Source of the DNA: an uncultured Chloroflexia bacterium
Lineage (GTDB): Bacteria > Chloroflexota > Limnocylindria > Limnocylindrales > CSP1-4
Reading direction: 5' to 3'
NCBI GenBank assembly: GCA_963813335.1
Contig: CAWEYL010000001.1
Location: 992,001-1,056,000 of the forward strand
Length of the DNA: 64,000 nt
Shown: piece by piece, positions 60,228-64,000 of the stretch
How the letters are laid out: every line of letters starts with the position of its first letter
Numbering within the stretch: position 1 is the stretch's first letter
The notes under the pieces: generated by a model
Told to the model about the DNA's origin: nothing
The model's database searches: none
Seen by the model: the letters and a program-made list of their open reading frames with translations, nothing else
Made by a program: the position numbers and the translations under genes

Positions 60228-61550
60228 ATGGTCGACACCGTGCCGCGCACCGCGGCATCCACGCCCCTCCCCGACCATGCGGTGGTGCCGCCCGTCTGGG
60301 GCCGCATCACCAACCTGGACGTCGACCGCGGCGAGGGCTCGTGGCTGATCACCCGGGACGGCGAGCGCTACCTCGACTACTCGTCGGGGATCGGCGTCAC
60401 GAACACCGGCCATGCCCATCCGCGCGTGGTCGCCGCGGTCCAGGCGCAGGCGGCCAAGCTGCTGCACGGCCAGCAGAACATCATGTACCACGAGCCCGGC
60501 CTGCGGCTCTACGACCGGCTCCGCGGGCTGCTCCCCGGCGGGCCGTGGCAGGCGTTCCTGTCGAACTCCGGCGCGGAGGCCGTCGAGGCCTCGGTCAAGC
60601 TGGCCCGCGCGGCCACCGGCCGGCCGGCGATCATGGCCTTCCGCTACGGCTATCACGGCCGGACGGCCCAGACGATGGCGCTGACGACCGCCAAGGACGT
60701 CTACCGGGCGGCCTTCGAGCCGCTGCCGGGCTCCGTCTACCACACGGCCTACCCGTACTGCTACCGGGCGGCGGGCGGCGCCCACTCGCCGGACGCCTGC
60801 ACCTGCGACTGGGAGGCCGAGCTCGACCTGACGTTCCACCAGTTCATCTACCCCGACCGGGTCGCGGCCATCATCCTGGAGCCGGTCCTCGGCGAGGGCG
60901 GCTACATCGTCCCGCCGCCCGGGTTCCTGCCGCGCCTCCGCGAGATCACCCGCCAGCACGGGATCCTGCTCATCGCCGACGAGGTCCAGACCGGGTTCGG
61001 GCGGACCGGCGAGATGTTCGCGGTCCGCCACTGGGACGTCGAGCCCGACATCCTGGTCATGGCCAAGGGGATCGCGTCGGGGCTGCCACTCTCCGGGATC
61101 CTGGCACGGGCCGAGCTCATGACGGCCTGGAAGCCGGGCACGCACGGCGGCACGTACGGCGGCAACGTCGTCTCGTGCGCCGCCGCCAACGCCACGCTCG
61201 ACGTCATCGAGGAGGAAGGGCTGGTCGCCAACGCCCGGGAGCGCGGCGACCAGTTCCTCGCCGGCCTCCGCGCCCTGGCCGGCCGCTACCCGTCGATCGG
61301 CGACGCCCGCGGCCTGGGGCTGATGGTCGCCCTCGAGCTCGTCAAGCCGGGCGTCGGCGACGGGCGGACGCCGGATCCGGAGCTCACCAAGCGGATCCAG
61401 GCCGAGGCGCTCGCGCGCAAGCTGATCGTCCTGACCGCGGGGACCTACGTGAACGTCGTGCGCATCATCCCGCCGCTCGTGACGACGGCCGGCGAGGTCG
61501 ACCAGGCACTGGCCATCCTCGACGAGAGCCTGGCCGCGGCGGGAGCCTGA
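60228..61550 (+). CDS. Class III aminotransferase (4-aminobutyrate/diamine aminotransferase-like)
   Basis: SNSGAEAVE, YHGRT, EPVLGEGG, DEVQTGFGRTG, AKG and GGTYGGN motifs. Confidence 0.92.
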   Translation: MVDTVPRTAASTPLPDHAVVPPVWGRITNLDVDRGEGSWLITRDGERYLDYSSGIGVTNTGHAHPRVVAAVQAQAAKLLHGQQNIMYHEPGLRLYDRLRGLLPGGPWQAFLSNSGAEAVEASVKLARAATGRPAIMAFRYGYHGRTAQTMALTTAKDVYRAAFEPLPGSVYHTAYPYCYRAAGGAHSPDACTCDWEAELDLTFHQFIYPDRVAAIILEPVLGEGGYIVPPPGFLPRLREITRQHGILLIADEVQTGFGRTGEMFAVRHWDVEPDILVMAKGIASGLPLSGILARAELMTAWKPGTHGGTYGGNVVSCAAANATLDVIEEEGLVANARERGDQFLAGLRALAGRYPSIGDARGLGLMVALELVKPGVGDGRTPDPELTKRIQAEALARKLIVLTAGTYVNVVRIIPPLVTTAGEVDQALAILDESLAAAGA

Positions 61551-61563
61551 CCACGCGCGCGGG

Positions 61564-62223
61564 ATGAGTGACCGAGGGGGCCTCGCGTCGCACGACGCGG
61601 GGTCGGACGCCGCTCGACGCCGGGTGGCCGAGATCCTCGAGTCGGCGGCGCACGTCCAGCTCGACGTCGTCGTGATCGCGCCGCCGGACGAGGCGCGGAT
61701 CGCCGCGCGCGACCGCGCCCGGGCGGCCGCTGCCGCGGCGGGCCGTGGCGCCCTGCTGGACGAGGCCACCGCGGCCGCGCGGGACCAGATCACCCGGACC
61801 TACGCGGCCGGCGGCTACTCCGGGACGTGGGCCGCCACCGACATGGCGGTCTCCGTGGCGCGCGGCACGGATCGGGTGGCGGCGGCGGTCGCCCTCGAGG
61901 AGGCGGTCACGGCTGCCGTCGTGGAGGACGTCGCCGATCCCGGGACGGTCGAGGCGCTCAGCGCGTCGTGGGCAGGGCTGTCCGACCTCCGGGCGATGCC
62001 CACGCCGGGCTCGCTGTCGAACTTCGGCGGGTCCGTCGCGTCATTGCGCGGGATCCGCGGGGCGGTGGTCCTCGGCCTCGTCGTGCTGGCAATCGTGGCC
62101 TCCGTCGGGACCGGCGAGATGGTGATCGGGCTCGGGCTGCTGGCGGTCGCCCTGCTGATCGCCGGACGGGCGATCGCCGGCGCCCGCGACGCGGACGACG
62201 ACGGCCCGGCGCCGGACGGTTGA
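61564..62223 (+). CDS. Hypothetical protein with two C-terminal TM helices
   Basis: Ala-rich ORF filling the gap between the aminotransferase and hisN; hydrophobic C-terminus. Confidence 0.6.
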   Translation: MSDRGGLASHDAGSDAARRRVAEILESAAHVQLDVVVIAPPDEARIAARDRARAAAAAAGRGALLDEATAAARDQITRTYAAGGYSGTWAATDMAVSVARGTDRVAAAVALEEAVTAAVVEDVADPGTVEALSASWAGLSDLRAMPTPGSLSNFGGSVASLRGIRGAVVLGLVVLAIVASVGTGEMVIGLGLLAVALLIAGRAIAGARDADDDGPAPDG

Positions 62224-62236
62224 GCGCGGCCCGGTC

Positions 62237-63076
62237 CTATGGCTGCGACAGTCGCTCGCGGATGGTCTCGTGCAGCAGGCCGTTCGATGCGAGGAACGTG
62301 CCGGTGTCGATGGCGCGTCGGCCGTCGAGGTCGGTCGCGAGGCCCCCGGCCTCCTCCACGATGACCGCCGGAGCCGCGGCGTCCCACGCCTTCAGGCCGA
62401 CCTCGACCATCGCCTCCGCCGCGCCCTCGGCGACGAGCGCATAGCCCCAGAAGTCACCGAAGCCGCGCTCGCGCCAGACCTCGTCGAGCAGCGCCTCGAG
62501 CCCGGGCGCCTGCCCCGACCGGGCGATGTCGCGCCCCGAGCCGTAGAGCATCTGGGCGTCGCCGAGCCGGGTGACCCGCGACACCGACGCGCGCCGCACG
62601 GCCCCGCCGTGGTCGCGCGCCCAGGCCCCGCCGGCGCGCCACGCCCACCAGCGCTCGTCGAGGGCGGGGGCGGACATGACGCCGACCTGCAGCTCGCCGT
62701 CGCGCTCCACGGCGAGGAGCGTCCCGAACAGGGGCACGCCGCGGATGAAGTTGTGGGTGCCGTCGATCGGGTCGATGTACCAGCGGACCGACGCGTCGCC
62801 GGCCTCGGTCCCGTACTCCTCGCCGACCAGCCCGTGGTCGGGGAAGGCGTCCAGGATCCGCTCGCGGATCCGCGTCTCGATCGCCGTGTCGGCCTGGGTC
62901 ACGAACGAGCGGTCCGGCTTGGTCTCGATGATCAGGTCGCGCCGGAAGTGGGCGCGGGCGATGCCGTCGGCCTCGTCACAGGCCGCCTGGGCGACCTCGA
63001 GCCAGCCGCGCAGCTCGGCGTCGCTGCCGCGCCGCAGCCCGGCCGACCAGTCGGCCCCGAACGGCGGGCCGCTCAC
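62237..63076 (-). CDS. hisN: Histidinol-phosphatase, inositol monophosphatase family
   Basis: KPDRSFVTQAD, GEE, IDPIDGT, RGFGDFWGY and WDAAA motifs. Confidence 0.88.
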   Translation of the reverse strand: MSGPPFGADWSAGLRRGSDAELRGWLEVAQAACDEADGIARAHFRRDLIIETKPDRSFVTQADTAIETRIRERILDAFPDHGLVGEEYGTEAGDASVRWYIDPIDGTHNFIRGVPLFGTLLAVERDGELQVGVMSAPALDERWWAWRAGGAWARDHGGAVRRASVSRVTRLGDAQMLYGSGRDIARSGQAPGLEALLDEVWRERGFGDFWGYALVAEGAAEAMVEVGLKAWDAAAPAVIVEEAGGLATDLDGRRAIDTGTFLASNGLLHETIRERLSQP

Positions 63077-64000
63077 GCGCGGATCCGCTCGCCCGTCGGG
63101 TCCCACAGGGGCTCCTTCGCCACCTCGAACCCGATCCAGTCGCCGAAGACCTCGACCTCGCCGCGCGTCCCGACCCCGGCGTCGGGCGGCAGGTAGGCGT
63201 ACGCGATCGACCGTTCCACCGCGAAGCCGTAGCCGCCCGAGGTGACCCGCCCCACCACGTCGCCGCGGAGGCGGACCGGCTCGTTGCCCAGGCAGACGGC
63301 GAGCGGGTCGTCGAGCACCAGGCAGCGCAGCCGCTTGCGCGGGCCGGCAGCCCGCGCGGCGACGAGGGCGTCGCGCCCGAGGAACCCGGCGGGCTTGTCG
63401 AGGGCCACGGCGAACCCGAGACCCGCCTCGAACGGCGTCTCGTCGGGGGTGATGTCGCTCGACCAGACGCGGTAGCCCTTCTCGAGCCGGAGCGCGTCGA
63501 TGGCGCGGTAGCCGCCGGCGACCATCCCGTGCGGCAGCCCGGCCGCCCACAGCGTCGTCCACAGCGCCCGGCCGTACTCGGTGGGGGCGTAGAGCTCCCA
63601 GCCGAGCTCGCCGACATAGGTGACGCGCATCGCCAGCACCGGCACGGAGCCCACGCTGATCTCGCGCGCGGTGAGGTACGGGAACGCCTCGTTCGAGAGG
63701 TCGTCGGCCGTCAGCGGCGCGAGGATGTCGCGCGCCGCTGGACCCCACAGCCCGAGGCACGCCCGCGCCGCGGTGATGTCGCGGACGACGACCGAGCCGT
63801 CGGCGGGGAGGTGCTGCCGCAGCCAGCCCGCGTCGTGGTTGCCGACCGCCGTCCCGGTCACGAGCAGGAACGTCTCGGGCCCGATCCGGGTCACGGTCAG
63901 GTCGGCCTGGATGCCGCCCCGGGCGTCGAGCAGCTGTGTGTAGACGATCGCGCCGACCGGGCGGTCGACGACGTTCGCGCAGACGTGCTCGAGGAACGCG
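63073..64000 (-). CDS. GcvT-family folate-binding C-terminus, probably of a dimethylglycine/sarcosine dehydrogenase-like flavoprotein; 5' end outside the window
   Basis: GGIQADLTVTR, RVTYVGELGWELY, LRLEKGY and GRVTSGGYG motifs. Confidence 0.88.
   Translation of the reverse strand, partial: AFLEHVCANVVDRPVGAIVYTQLLDARGGIQADLTVTRIGPETFLLVTGTAVGNHDAGWLRQHLPADGSVVVRDITAARACLGLWGPAARDILAPLTADDLSNEAFPYLTAREISVGSVPVLAMRVTYVGELGWELYAPTEYGRALWTTLWAAGLPHGMVAGGYRAIDALRLEKGYRVWSSDITPDETPFEAGLGFAVALDKPAGFLGRDALVAARAAGPRKRLRCLVLDDPLAVCLGNEPVRLRGDVVGRVTSGGYGFAVERSIAYAYLPPDAGVGTRGEVEVFGDWIGFEVAKEPLWDPTGERIRA

Overview
A very GC-rich, gene-dense chromosomal segment. Gene content and style suggest Chloroflexota, possibly Limnocylindria-like; this is an inference, not checked. 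It is mostly core or housekeeping DNA: murI, murJ, an fhaA-fhaB-rodA-pbpA block, a single-chain UvrD-nuclease, rarA, a three-gene serine operon, MoxR-DUF58-transglutaminase, an alpha-glucoside ABC/GH13/LacI locus, T-box-valS, tig-clpP-clpX, tRNA-Leu(TAG), cinA, mrp, a polyamine ABC/aminotransferase locus and hisN. No CRISPR array, rRNA, integrase or transposase is visible. Eight single-base frameshifts in seven otherwise intact genes look like long-read errors. The best leads are: (1) a compact cyclic-nucleotide writer/eraser/reader trio (class III cyclase-STAND, MBL phosphodiesterase, Crp) in which both cyclase and Crp have altered base-recognition residues; (2) an in-frame fusion of a PotA ATPase to a PotD binding protein through a twin-arginine transmembrane segment; (3) three genes that appear to start at AUC or CUG behind good Shine-Dalgarno sites, plus many leaderless genes; (4) a compositionally atypical HTH-nuclease gene in hairpin-rich flanks; (5) a zinc-ribbon cluster containing a small HTH protein with a beta-clamp-like QPGLF tail. 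All translations and alignments were done by eye; no database searches were run.
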